Source of the DNA: an uncultured Chitinophaga sp.
GTDB lineage: Bacteria > Bacteroidota > Bacteroidia > Chitinophagales > Chitinophagaceae
Length of the DNA: 45,127 nucleotides
Assembly (NCBI GenBank): GCA_964614285.1
Contig: CAZTKV010000001.1
Coordinates: 23,811-68,937, forward strand
Direction: 5' to 3'
The notes beneath the pieces were generated by a model. That model saw nothing but the letters and a program-made list of their open reading frames with translations. It had not been told where the DNA came from and ran no database searches. Of this stretch, positions 28,801 through 39,100 are shown piece after piece (the first letter of the stretch is position 1; every line of letters begins with the position of its first letter). The translations under genes were made by a program, and so were the position numbers.

Positions 28801-31800
28801 AACCTCTATTATAAATTCTTTCTTGATCTTGACGCCAAGGGACATAAAGAATTTGTTCCCGGTTATGCAGAGATAGATGGAAAACCAGAACTGGTGGGTA
28901 GCAATATTGCAAAGATCAAACTCAAGAAACAGGCAGGAATAAACCCCATTGCTAAGGCTGGCTGGCAATTCATCAGAACCAATTTGCCCAAATATGCTTA
29001 CCCCGGTTCCGAAAACCTGGGGGATAATGGCACGGACCTGGTCAAAGCGATAAAAGCATTGGTTACTGCATTTGGAAACATTAAGGAACTGGTCTATGGA
29101 TTTGAAAAAAGAGCGAAGAATAAAGGGTATTCTAACCAGGCGGAGTTATCAAAATCATGGGTAAGACTTTGTTCGCCCACCTTGAAAAAATTAGGTGGCG
29201 GCAGTCGTGTAAAGCGTATTGATATAGCTGACGATTGGGCCAATATGTCTGGTGCAACAGGAGCCCAAACCACCAGTTACACTCAGGTTTTTGATTATTC
29301 GATAAAAGACCCCAAAAAAGGGACAATATCCAGCGGCGTAGCTTCATATGAACCCACGATTGGAAATGATGAGAACCCGTTCCGTCAGCCGGTACGTTAC
29401 AGCCAGAACCAGTTTTTGGGGCTGGATAATTATTACTATATCGAAGAACCTTTTGGAGAATCATTATTTCCTGCCGCTACAGTGGGATACAGCAGCGTAA
29501 CAGTAAAATCTATCGGCTCAGGTGATGAGGAGTCTGTCAACAGAACAGGAACAGTCGTCAGTGAATTTTTTACTGCAAAAGATTATCCTGTCCGCACTGA
29601 TAATCTTACACTGGAACAGCGAAAACCCTTCACCAGTAAAATATTCCGGTTAATTGGCAGTATATCCTACGACATGCTTGGGCTTTCGCAAGGGTATTCC
29701 ATAGAGCTGAATGACATGCATGGGAAGCCTAAATCCGTAAAGGTTTATAACAAATCGGGTCAGAATATTTCCAGTGCTGAGTACTTCTACAAGTCAAGGA
29801 ATGAACTGGCTGCCCAAAAGGAACTTGATAATAGCGTTAAGGTTATCCAATCTGACGGTTCCGTATCGGATGGAACCATTGGAATGGATGTGGAGATGTT
29901 TTCTGACATGCGGGAACAAACTACAGAGAACCTTGGTGAAAGTATTAAAGTAAGCGGAGGTGCAGGGGCTATTCTGATATTTCCCTTGCCTTTCTTTTTC
30001 CCTGGATTGGGAGTCAACTATGATGTAAGGTCATACAGGGCCACTTCTTCTATTAAAATCATTAACCGGTTTGCCATTCAGTATAAGGTAAAAAGAATGG
30101 AGAATGGATCTTCCATTACTTCCGAAAATCTTTTGTGGGATGCTGAGACAGGAAATGTGTTACTCACCAAAACGCAAAATGAATTTGATGATCCGGTATA
30201 TTCATTTGCCTATCCGGCGCATTGGCTTTATGACCGGATGGGTCAGGCATACCGCAACTTGGGAACAGTGCTCAGTGATTTTACCACTGCCTCTAACGGT
30301 ACCATCAGCAATTCCACCTATAACAGCCTTGTTGTTCCGGGAGATGAACTGATTGACATAAATTCCTCCGACCGTTACTGGATCATTAATTCTCCTGTAA
30401 GTAGTAGCGATCAAAACAGGCTGATTGACAGTGCCGGAAATATCAAGCAAGTCAGTTCACTCACTGTGAAGTTGATTCGTTCGGGAAGAAGAAATATGGC
30501 CAATACAGCTATCGCCACTATTGCCTCGTTGAATAATCCCATTGTAGGAAACAAGCTGGATATAACACAACTTACCAGGGTGCTGGATGCAAAAGCCACA
30601 GTCTTCAATGAAGAATGGAGTGTTCCGGTTGCATCAGGTTATGGAGTTATACCTTACTCATGTGGTATTGATGAAGAGTGTATGTATTTGTTTTTAGGCG
30701 CTGCTATTTGTTATTCAAAAGATTTGAGTACTGCGCCAATTTTTTATACCGGGGGAGGATTAACCGCTGAGGATATTATAAAGAATGTCTGGGAGGATTC
30801 AGCCTGTCTTGATAATTTTTTAAATGGCCAACCAGCTTCTGCTGCTACTTATTTTCATTATAATACTACTGGAACCTATCCTGAAGCATCTTTTAGCAGT
30901 GGTGATTCTGCTTATCTGGGAGGTTGTAAAATTTATTTTGATTCTGTTACTTCAGATTTTATTAAACTGGCGAATAGTACTGCTGATAGCAGTGACTTGA
31001 AAGACAATAACTTTTCAGTTGAGTCAGACCCTGAGGAAGATTGTGGTTTTATTGCCTATGCCGGGGATCCTGCTGAGCGAATTCTGAAATTCCGGCTGAA
31101 ATGCCCTTCTGATACAACCTGTACTGATCCCGTCAACCAGCCTATCAATCCTTATTATGCCGGAATCCTTGGTAACTGGCGACCGCAATCCCAGTATGCC
31201 TATCATGTAGCAAGAGAAAACCTGGTAACCGATCCTGCAAAGCCAGGCAGTACGAACATCCGGCGCTCCGGGGCATACAGTGTATTTAATCCGTTCTGGA
31301 AATACAATTCAGGATGGGAGCAAAATCCTACTAATGATGTACGCTGGATCAAGGCAAACGAAGTCACTTACTTTAACACCAAGGGCCTGGAACTGGAAAA
31401 TAAAGATGCACTGGACAGGTATAGTGCTGCAATTTTTGGCTATTTGGAATCAATACCGCTTGCCGTTGCATCCAATTCGCGGTACAGGGAGATAGGGTTT
31501 GATGGATTTGAGGATTACGGTTTTAATCTCGGTTGCGCCGCCACTGATACTTGTAATAATACGGGACATTTCAGGTTTAATAAATTACTCAATGGTTCCA
31601 GCATTGATACCACCCGCCAGTATGCCCATAGCGGAAAATATTCACTCAAGCTCAATAACACTTCGGTCACACTCAGTAAAACAATTTACAGCGGAGCCCC
31701 AGCTGAATTATTAAGTTTTGATGGCACGGGAAGATATATTCTCGGGGCAAATGAGATTAGCAAAGGATTTTCACCCTTTAAGGAAAAAAAATATGTACTT

Positions 31801-32211
31801 AGTTTTTGGACAAAAGACGGAAGTCCCAGAGATCCGTCCACCAATATACAAGCTTCAGTCAATGGCGTAGACCTTATTAACAGTTCGGTCAAATGGCCAA
31901 TCGTAGAAGGCTGGAAAAGAGTAGAAGTTCAGTTTACCCTCTCGGCCATAGCCACGGGTTTTTCATTGCAACTTTCTGCAGGAAGTGGGACGGTATATTT
32001 CGATGACATCAGGATTCATCCTTTTGATGGCCAGTTAAAATCATTTATTTATGATCCTGCCACCCTGCGACTGATGGCAGAGTTGGATGAAAATAATTTC
32101 TCCACTTTTTATGAATATGATGATGAAGGCATTTTAATAAGAGTGAAGAAAGAAACAGAAAAAGGCATTATGACCATAAAGGAAACCAGGTCCTCTTATA
32201 AAAAACAATAG
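25813..32211 (+). CDS. 2132-aa secreted YD-repeat, TcB/SpvB-like protein with a CBM-like domain near the C-terminus
   Basis: Signal peptide; VDLFSGDFSYNIPL..PVNLAYHSG..SWTGFGWSLNVGSLNR (SpvB/TcB-type start); LPTGGSINITYE; GGSRVKRI; GFDGFE..AHSGKYSL..YFDDIRIHP; terminal YDP..LDENNFSTFYEYDDEG. No Rhs core and no toxin tip. Confidence 0.75.
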   Translation: MKWLSKHRKKVALFFYTVMLLQFLNPQVAYGLTSGPSQPEMKGFEPIGNTEMVDLFSGDFSYNIPLADVGGYPVNLAYHSGANMDDEASWTGFGWSLNVGSLNRQLRGIPDDFNGTDKIEREMSMKDHVVKGAKFSMTLDLLGIPVERVKFKRKKKKLDMSLTLSVGIKHDNYRGIGMEIGANPGVSFTDYVADDKNSKDTTFIRSNVPGPGSAGINVSSMDGATVSLNANILKKSFDMADKQNGISKSIGFSYNTRAGLSGMTLSSSFSSAEKKNDNKRKLLEFANGSSSFVSFNGQTYTPTIDHPMKSKSFTFSLHVGPELWVVLAGVGVTGFYSKQSVAEKLRSAPAYGYVHSEKGKDIPEALMDMNREKDIPYSNEVKYLPIPIPTNDLFNATSQDGSGQYRPYRSGSGVFFDRKTESRNEDVTIGIEFGGGLFIDAGMDLYHQSTRTRTKKWTDRNDYLPKGDFQSGSATSPLYEASYFKRVGEPVPYDKSYIDKLKGESPVAVELPGRIDNAIAGAKASSLLRTKSANNGETISTLKKEQRDVRNTAFSYLTAAEAKLHALEKNIISYKPDSIPLGNCNSGAVKSTIQRTADYRKKHHVSEVTITSDDGKRSIYGIPVYNTYQEEVSFSTGSNLSLRSRGLTAYSSQDNSINNNKGRENYYSREKTPSYATSYLLTAILSPDYVDKTGNGISDDDGGAAVKFNYTKHDSLYRWRTPYAFGQDSANYNEGFLSEELDDKASFMYGEKELWYLHSLESKTMVAHFITENRDDGLGVTGSGGAVNTNTRLKRLKEIRLYSKAELKLNGNDPSKTIPVKVIHFEYDYSICPGLPNSISNTGKLTLKKIYFTFGQNQKGRLNPYSFQYDTSYNRYNYRQYDRWGNFKDVANNPGGLNNAEFPYTIQDTTWTNKFAAAWQLKKITLPTGGSINITYESDDYAYVQDRRASQMCMLNGVGSQGSSTGLVSADYIYINLPNNVSSRQEMLDRYFEGITNLYYKFFLDLDAKGHKEFVPGYAEIDGKPELVGSNIAKIKLKKQAGINPIAKAGWQFIRTNLPKYAYPGSENLGDNGTDLVKAIKALVTAFGNIKELVYGFEKRAKNKGYSNQAELSKSWVRLCSPTLKKLGGGSRVKRIDIADDWANMSGATGAQTTSYTQVFDYSIKDPKKGTISSGVASYEPTIGNDENPFRQPVRYSQNQFLGLDNYYYIEEPFGESLFPAATVGYSSVTVKSIGSGDEESVNRTGTVVSEFFTAKDYPVRTDNLTLEQRKPFTSKIFRLIGSISYDMLGLSQGYSIELNDMHGKPKSVKVYNKSGQNISSAEYFYKSRNELAAQKELDNSVKVIQSDGSVSDGTIGMDVEMFSDMREQTTENLGESIKVSGGAGAILIFPLPFFFPGLGVNYDVRSYRATSSIKIINRFAIQYKVKRMENGSSITSENLLWDAETGNVLLTKTQNEFDDPVYSFAYPAHWLYDRMGQAYRNLGTVLSDFTTASNGTISNSTYNSLVVPGDELIDINSSDRYWIINSPVSSSDQNRLIDSAGNIKQVSSLTVKLIRSGRRNMANTAIATIASLNNPIVGNKLDITQLTRVLDAKATVFNEEWSVPVASGYGVIPYSCGIDEECMYLFLGAAICYSKDLSTAPIFYTGGGLTAEDIIKNVWEDSACLDNFLNGQPASAATYFHYNTTGTYPEASFSSGDSAYLGGCKIYFDSVTSDFIKLANSTADSSDLKDNNFSVESDPEEDCGFIAYAGDPAERILKFRLKCPSDTTCTDPVNQPINPYYAGILGNWRPQSQYAYHVARENLVTDPAKPGSTNIRRSGAYSVFNPFWKYNSGWEQNPTNDVRWIKANEVTYFNTKGLELENKDALDRYSAAIFGYLESIPLAVASNSRYREIGFDGFEDYGFNLGCAATDTCNNTGHFRFNKLLNGSSIDTTRQYAHSGKYSLKLNNTSVTLSKTIYSGAPAELLSFDGTGRYILGANEISKGFSPFKEKKYVLSFWTKDGSPRDPSTNIQASVNGVDLINSSVKWPIVEGWKRVEVQFTLSAIATGFSLQLSAGSGTVYFDDIRIHPFDGQLKSFIYDPATLRLMAELDENNFSTFYEYDDEGILIRVKKETEKGIMTIKETRSSYKKQ

Positions 32212-33105
32212 ATGAAAAGAGCCAAAAAATTGAAACTTGTCGTCTCTGCTGCTGTAATCCTGCTACTGGTTACGGGGGCAGCAGCCATTGGAAAAAAATG
32301 GTGGTGGCCGGTCAACAATGTTGCTGCTGAAAAGCCAGAGGATTTCGAAACGGTTAGTGTCATGAATGAACAAAATGTCGGTGAGCCCACTTCCGATGAT
32401 CCCTGGTATGAAATGGAAAAACTTATCGGGGTCTATTATGGAGAAAAACAGTTTGTCTCTTACAAAGGGGTGATGCGCCTTATTGATGATAATGAAGAAA
32501 AGCAGAAAGTTATCGAAGAAATGAGGTTCGAGTACAATCTGCGTGGCGCTGAGTATCATTACCGGTTGGGACAATTGGAGTGTGTAAAAAAGGAAAGTTT
32601 TTTTCTGCTCGCCGATCATGATAATAAAACAATTGCGCTTTCTACTATCACTCCTTCAGAAGATAAGGCAGCTGGTCTGCTTAATATGGCTGGTTTAAAA
32701 AAACTCCTTGAGGAACGCAGTGGCGGAGTAAAAGTAACGCAGACGACAGACAGTAAAGTACTTACGGTAAACAATATCCAGGATCCCGGTATACAGGGTT
32801 ACCAGGTTTTTTATGATCCGGCTACTTACCACATAAAGAAAATACTGGTTGGGATGATTCGGCTCTCTCCTCTTGAAGAAAACATTCTATCACCTGCAGA
32901 TGAAAAAGCGGGAGACGCAACAGAAATCGAAATCAGCGAAAACGAACTGGAGGCATATGCCTATTACCTGGAGGTGAAGTATGACAATATTGAATTTAAA
33001 ACGGCCGGGAAAGAATTATTCAAACCCGAAGAGAAATTCATCCATTTCATTAATAACAAAGCTGAGCTGCAACCTGCTTTCAGCGGGTACAGGCTGTTGA
33101 ATTAA
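32212..33105 (+). CDS. N-terminally anchored hypothetical protein, possibly LolA-like fold
   Basis: Basic N-terminus plus one TM; beta-rich body with LADHDNKTIAL and FYDPATYHIKKI. Fold is tentative. Confidence 0.6.
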   Translation: MKRAKKLKLVVSAAVILLLVTGAAAIGKKWWWPVNNVAAEKPEDFETVSVMNEQNVGEPTSDDPWYEMEKLIGVYYGEKQFVSYKGVMRLIDDNEEKQKVIEEMRFEYNLRGAEYHYRLGQLECVKKESFFLLADHDNKTIALSTITPSEDKAAGLLNMAGLKKLLEERSGGVKVTQTTDSKVLTVNNIQDPGIQGYQVFYDPATYHIKKILVGMIRLSPLEENILSPADEKAGDATEIEISENELEAYAYYLEVKYDNIEFKTAGKELFKPEEKFIHFINNKAELQPAFSGYRLLN

Positions 33106-33110
33106 AAGAA

Positions 33111-36100
33111 ATGAAAAAGTATATAAACATTCCCTTCAAAGCAGTGGCAAAATGCCTGAGTTTGTTTGTGCTCTCCTGTACGCTGGTACTATCTGCAAAA
33201 GCGGTAGAAGAGCCGTATTTAAATGAATTAAAAGGTGCGCAGGTAGCCGTCAATAATTTCTTTGCGGTCGCGGATGAGAAATTTAACAGCAGTACTTCCT
33301 GGAATCTTATCAGGCAAAATTATTCCGTTGATAACATTATTACTTTTGAAATCAATTTCGATACAGCCATATTTTTTTACAATACACCATTTGACTGCAC
33401 CGTTAATTTCAAGATTTACCTTTACGGCAACCAGAGTGATACCAGCGAGATAACAGATTCCACTACCTACAGTAATATTTCACTCACTGTTAATTACGAT
33501 ACTGTAACCGGTAAGCCCTACAAAGGTATTGCCATGTATAAGTTTGCCGGCTCACATAAATACAAGGTAAAGATCCTTGGCCTGACATCACCGCAATTGA
33601 GCCCCATTCCTGCTATATTCAGGCTGAAGGGGCAAATTATTGTCAGCAGGCAATATAAGTTTCAGGACAACAGTACAGATATAACAACATTTGCAAAGGT
33701 GAACGGTAACCAGTTACAGCTAAGCTGGATTCCCGGTAATTATCCCGGTGCTGAACAATTCGACCTCGAATACACTTTTATTGATTCTTCAAGTCAGGTT
33801 GGGGCATCTATCAGAACATATAATACCGGTGGTTACTATTATGTACCGGCAGATTCATTAGACAAATGGTTCCGAAACAACAATTCCCGTATCAGTACAG
33901 CATCATCATCCTATCTGCTCAACATACCCTATGACAGTGGTTATGTATTATTCCGTATCAGGGGGGTGCAGGATTCCCTTGGTGTACGTATTGAGGGTAA
34001 TTGGAATTACTTAGCCAAAACTTCAGGCTTTTCTTGTCCTTCAGACTGTCCCAAAGGGATTGTCTTTTTTACAGGACACGAAACAAATTTAAACTGGCAA
34101 TATGCTGTTGTTTTTGCAGAAGAGGGGAAGCGAAAAGAAGTCATCAGTTATTTTGATGGTACACTCCGCAACCGGCAGAGCGTCACCATCAATAACAGTG
34201 ATAATAAAAATGTGGTGCAGGAAACCATTTATGATGCACTGGGCAGACCTGCTGCCAGTATCCTGCCCGCGCCAACCAATGACAGCACCATACATTATTT
34301 TCGGGCTTTCAACCGTAACAGCGGGGGTACCAATGCCTATAGTTATGCCGATCTGCTGTTCAGCAATTGTGTTACTACGGCTGATTCTGTAAGCCATAGT
34401 TCTGGCGCCGGAAAATATTATTCCACCAGTAATTCCTTTCAGGGAGCCTATTACTATGCAAAATATATTCCCAACGCAGGTGGCTATCCAATAGCCACTA
34501 CCGAATACATGGCTGATAACACAGGCCGTATCAAAGCCCAGTCAGGTGTGGGAGCTGCTTTCCAGATGAGCTCCAATCATGAAACCAAATACTATTATGG
34601 AAAGCCCACACAAACGGAACTTGACCGTTTATTTGGTCTCGAAGCAGGTAATGCAAGTCATTACCTCAAAAATATGGTGGTTGATGCCAATGGGCAGGTA
34701 AGTGTAAGTTATCTAGATGCATCAGGAAAGACCATAGCCACAGCCCTCGCAGGCAGTGGGCCATCCAATCTTCATCAGTTATCATCAGCCTCCGGTTCGT
34801 CCATCAGCGTTACTAATACACTCATTAGTGCCGAAGACTTCAGCCGTGATGCAAGTACTGGTGTACTTAGTGCATCTTCTACATTTCTGGCGCCAGTTAC
34901 CGGCAATTATATTTTTAATTACCGGCTTGATTCACTTACTTACCGAAAACTCTATGGCGCCAATAAAGACAGTACTATCTGCAGTCATTGTTATTATGAT
35001 CTGGAAATACTTATTAAAAGCGATTGCAGTGATACACTGCGCAGGGAAATTGTTTCAGCGGGTGCTGTCTTTGACACCGCCTGCGCTACGCCACCTGCTT
35101 CTCTCCAGGATTCATTGCATGTAAACATCAGCAATATAGGCGAATACTATATTACTTATAATCTCATCATCAGCAGTGATGCACTCAGTTACTATGATAG
35201 TGTTCACCTCGCCAAAAATACTGATATCAAAAAGCTCAACTACTTTTTAATAGAAGAGTTGAAAGGCACAGATTTTTATGGCTGCTACAGCGATTGCCGT
35301 ACCTGTGTTGATCGTCTCGGATCCAAAACAGATTTTGTCGCACTTTTCAAAACAATGTATCATTCCGATTCATTGCAGTTCTATGCAGAAGATTCACTGG
35401 CAGTTGTCAATATATACGATTCGCTCTATGCTCATTGCCAGTCCCTGCAGGCAGGCTGCGTGGGCAATGTCTGCGATGAAAAACTTCAGCTGCTAAAACT
35501 CGATGTAAGTCCCGGAGGACAATATGCTCTATATGATACAACGGATAATTCCTTACTTGAAGTTCCCATCAATGTCCTTGACAAGAGAAACCAGATCAGC
35601 ATATTCCGGGATGAATACGGAAACCCCGACACCATTACTGTATATAATCAAAACGGCGAAGATTCAGTCCGCATAGCCGTCACTGGTACCAGTCTCAGTG
35701 ATTCGATGTTCATCAGCCGCTGGAAGGACAGCTGGGCTGATTCACTGGTCAAGCTGCATCCGGAGTATTGTTATTATCTCTGGTGTATCGCCAATTCATC
35801 AAGCTATGAATTTGATAAAGAAATAGAAGACTGGTTAGATGCCGATACCGCTATAGCTAGGGGATGGTTCTCCACCACCGTCTACGATACCATCCTTGCT
35901 CACGACCCCTTCTTCCTGTCGGGAGGCAATGGTTATGCACTAAGGTTTAAAATGAAGGATAGCCTTCGCCTTTTTTCCCGCAGTTTCGCAGGGCTTGCCC
36001 AGAGCGATAAAAATATACTTAAGTTTATTGATCTGTTGTTGTACTGTAAAAAAGATTCCAGTTGCAATGCATGGAATAACTGTTCAGTAGATAGTAACTG

Positions 36101-39100
36101 CCGCAGCCGCAACAGGGAATGGTTCCTTTACAAAACTTTTTACCTGAACCTGAAGCAGATATTTTATGAGCGGGCAAGAAGAACCAGCACAGACACTATA
36201 TTTTCAAATTGTTCGAATTGTTTTATTGGCCAGGACTTGCCAGGGCTGACAGGATTTAGTTGTGATAGTTTTGATTTTGCAGATTTTATTGTCAGGGAAC
36301 CATGCATACTGGATGGAGGTGTGGTTAGCGATTGTGTTGAGTTTTATTATACAAAAACTTACGTTAAACCCCTTCGCAAGCGGATAGCAATTTATTATCG
36401 TTACAAGGGACCTGTTGTCTGTGCCGGTAACCCCGGCGGATTTTGCTATGAAACCGGTTATATGGATCCGGGGGATTCTACCCTGCAAATTCCCAGTTAC
36501 AAATCATCGGTCACTAATGTCGAAATACTTAGCATTAACTGCGATACGATTCCTTATATACCATACACGGATACTACCTGTATAAGGAACTGTTCAACCG
36601 GAACCTATTCTCCTTATGACAGAGACAGTTTGTCGGTTTATATACAGAATGGCAATCCAAATAGTGCACCAACGGGTGTACCCGGAGGCTATGGTAACTG
36701 CCGTTTTTACCCTGTTTTTATTCTTAAAACCGGGGCCGCAGATACAGCCTATTGCAAATTCTTAAATGTCTGGGTATGCAGTTATGATTCTACTTGTGGT
36801 GGGGTGTGCAGTGATACCACCTTTGTATCGCAGTGTATTGCCAGCGGTACTGATACTCTTTATCGTAATAAAATTCGCCGGTATAACGATTATGTCAATA
36901 CCGAACAGTTGATGCAGGATATCAATGGAACGAATCTGCAGGAGCAATCAACTGTTATGGAGGAACTGGTTATCGTGCAATGCAAACAAAATTGCGAAGC
37001 ACAGGCAGACCTTTGGATGAACCTCCTCAGCCGATGTAATATGAGCAGTGGCGACTCCACCTCCCTACGGGCAGCCCTTATTGATATATGCAGCAAAGGC
37101 TGCGCACAGGGTCGGCCTTTTGGCACTTCCAGCATCCCCGGCAGCATTTCAGCCACCTATCATAGTTTTGAAGAAGCTATCGAGGATATACTCGGCCCAG
37201 GCGCTATCAATGATAGCTGTACGCAGGAGTTGCTTTCCAATCCCTATCCGTATGACAAACAACCTGTCTATATAGAACGCCAGATATCCGAAACGGATTC
37301 TGCCATCTGTGCCAGGGTAAATTATTACTACTATCAGTATGATACCTCAAGCTACACAGGTTCCTTCCACAGTTATATGCAACTGATTTACGGAGCAGCC
37401 TACTCACTTGATTCTTTAGAATTGGATGACCTGCTCAACAGTTGTAACAACTGTAATTACTTGCTCAAAAACGACCTGGTACTTCCGGTGCTCTTTGATC
37501 CGCAGTCAGGTACCTGCCTGCCATGCGATTCCCTGTCCGATGCACTCGATGATTTTGAAACCAAATTCCCCTCCATCACTATTGCTGATGATGATTACGA
37601 AATACTTTTTACCAATTATTTCAATCACCGATTTGGGTTCTCACTTACTTATGACCGGTACAGGGCATTTCTCGATAGTTGTGATGCACATTCAGGAGCA
37701 TATACCGGGCTGTTGTGTAATATGCCTGCAACTATAGAAATACTTGCAGATCCCTCACAGTGCACAAGGGAGTTATTTTCCAATGCACTCAGTAATGCTT
37801 ACAGTATTTATATAGCCTATATAGATTCGGTAAGAAGGGATTTCAGGGAGGCATACACTACCCGTTGCATGTCAGCTCAGCCACTGCTTACCATGACTTC
37901 CAGCCTTTATGAATATCACTACACTCTATATTATTATGATCAGAGCGGCAACCTTGTAAAAACAGTGCCGCCCGAAGGTGTGCAGTTGCTCGATAACACG
38001 TCCATTGCAGAAGTGCAGTCCATCCGTTCTGGCAGCAATCCGGCCTGCAGCAATAGCAATTCCATGGTCTTCACCAATGGCTCGACGAATTTCCCGGGCG
38101 GAACAACTAATGCGCCACAGTTAAATGTAGGCAGCGGGGCCTTTACCATCGAAGCATGGATAAAGCTTAGCAGCTTCGCCGATCAGGGTATTGTTTCCAA
38201 TAATCATCATAGCGGCAGCTACAATACAGGCTATTCCCTTGGTATTATCAGCAACAAACTCACCCTGCACATGGGCGAAAACAGCGCCTCTTACAAAGTA
38301 GAAGCCACCAGTCAATCGCTCAGTACATATATGTCCACAGGCACATGGACCCATATTGCTGTTCAGCGTACTTCCATCAGTACCGTCAAAATGTATATCA
38401 ACGGTAATCCCATTCCTATACTATATAATAGTAATACTCCCAATACCGGCAATCTTGATCATGGCAGTACAGATAACTTTTATGTTGGCGCTTCCAACAA
38501 AGATGGAAGCATTAGTAAGCTCAGCAGCGGCCAACTCCGTCATTTGAGGGTTTACACCCGGGCACTTGCTGCAACAGAAGTGAGGCAAAATCATACTAAC
38601 CATTGTGGCTCTCCGGCCAATGCAGCCAGCCTCGTATTTTGGGAGCCTTTTACAGAAGGCCTCTTCACTGCCTCTGGTGGAAATGATTATGTGTATGAAC
38701 GTATCTACAATGCAGCCGGTCAAAAATCAGGCACTATTGCCTTCGAAACCGCAGGCAGCACTACGCTTGTCCCTGCACATCGATTAGTAACCACTTATCA
38801 GTACAACAGTCTCAATCAGGTATTACAACAATACAGTCCGGATGGAGATACATCGGTATTTTTTTATGACCGGCTAGCCAGGCTTATTGTGTCACAAAAC
38901 AAAGAACAACTGGAAAATGCCTCTTACAGTGGCAGCGCCAACCGGTTCAGCTATACCTTGTATGACGGTCTTGGAAGAATATACGAAGTGGGGGAAAAAT
39001 CTGAACCCGTGGATGATATAAGGAATATTGAGCTGTTGAATGATGGTGATGTACAATCATGGATGGAAAGTGGTACCAACAGACAAATAACAAGAACTAT

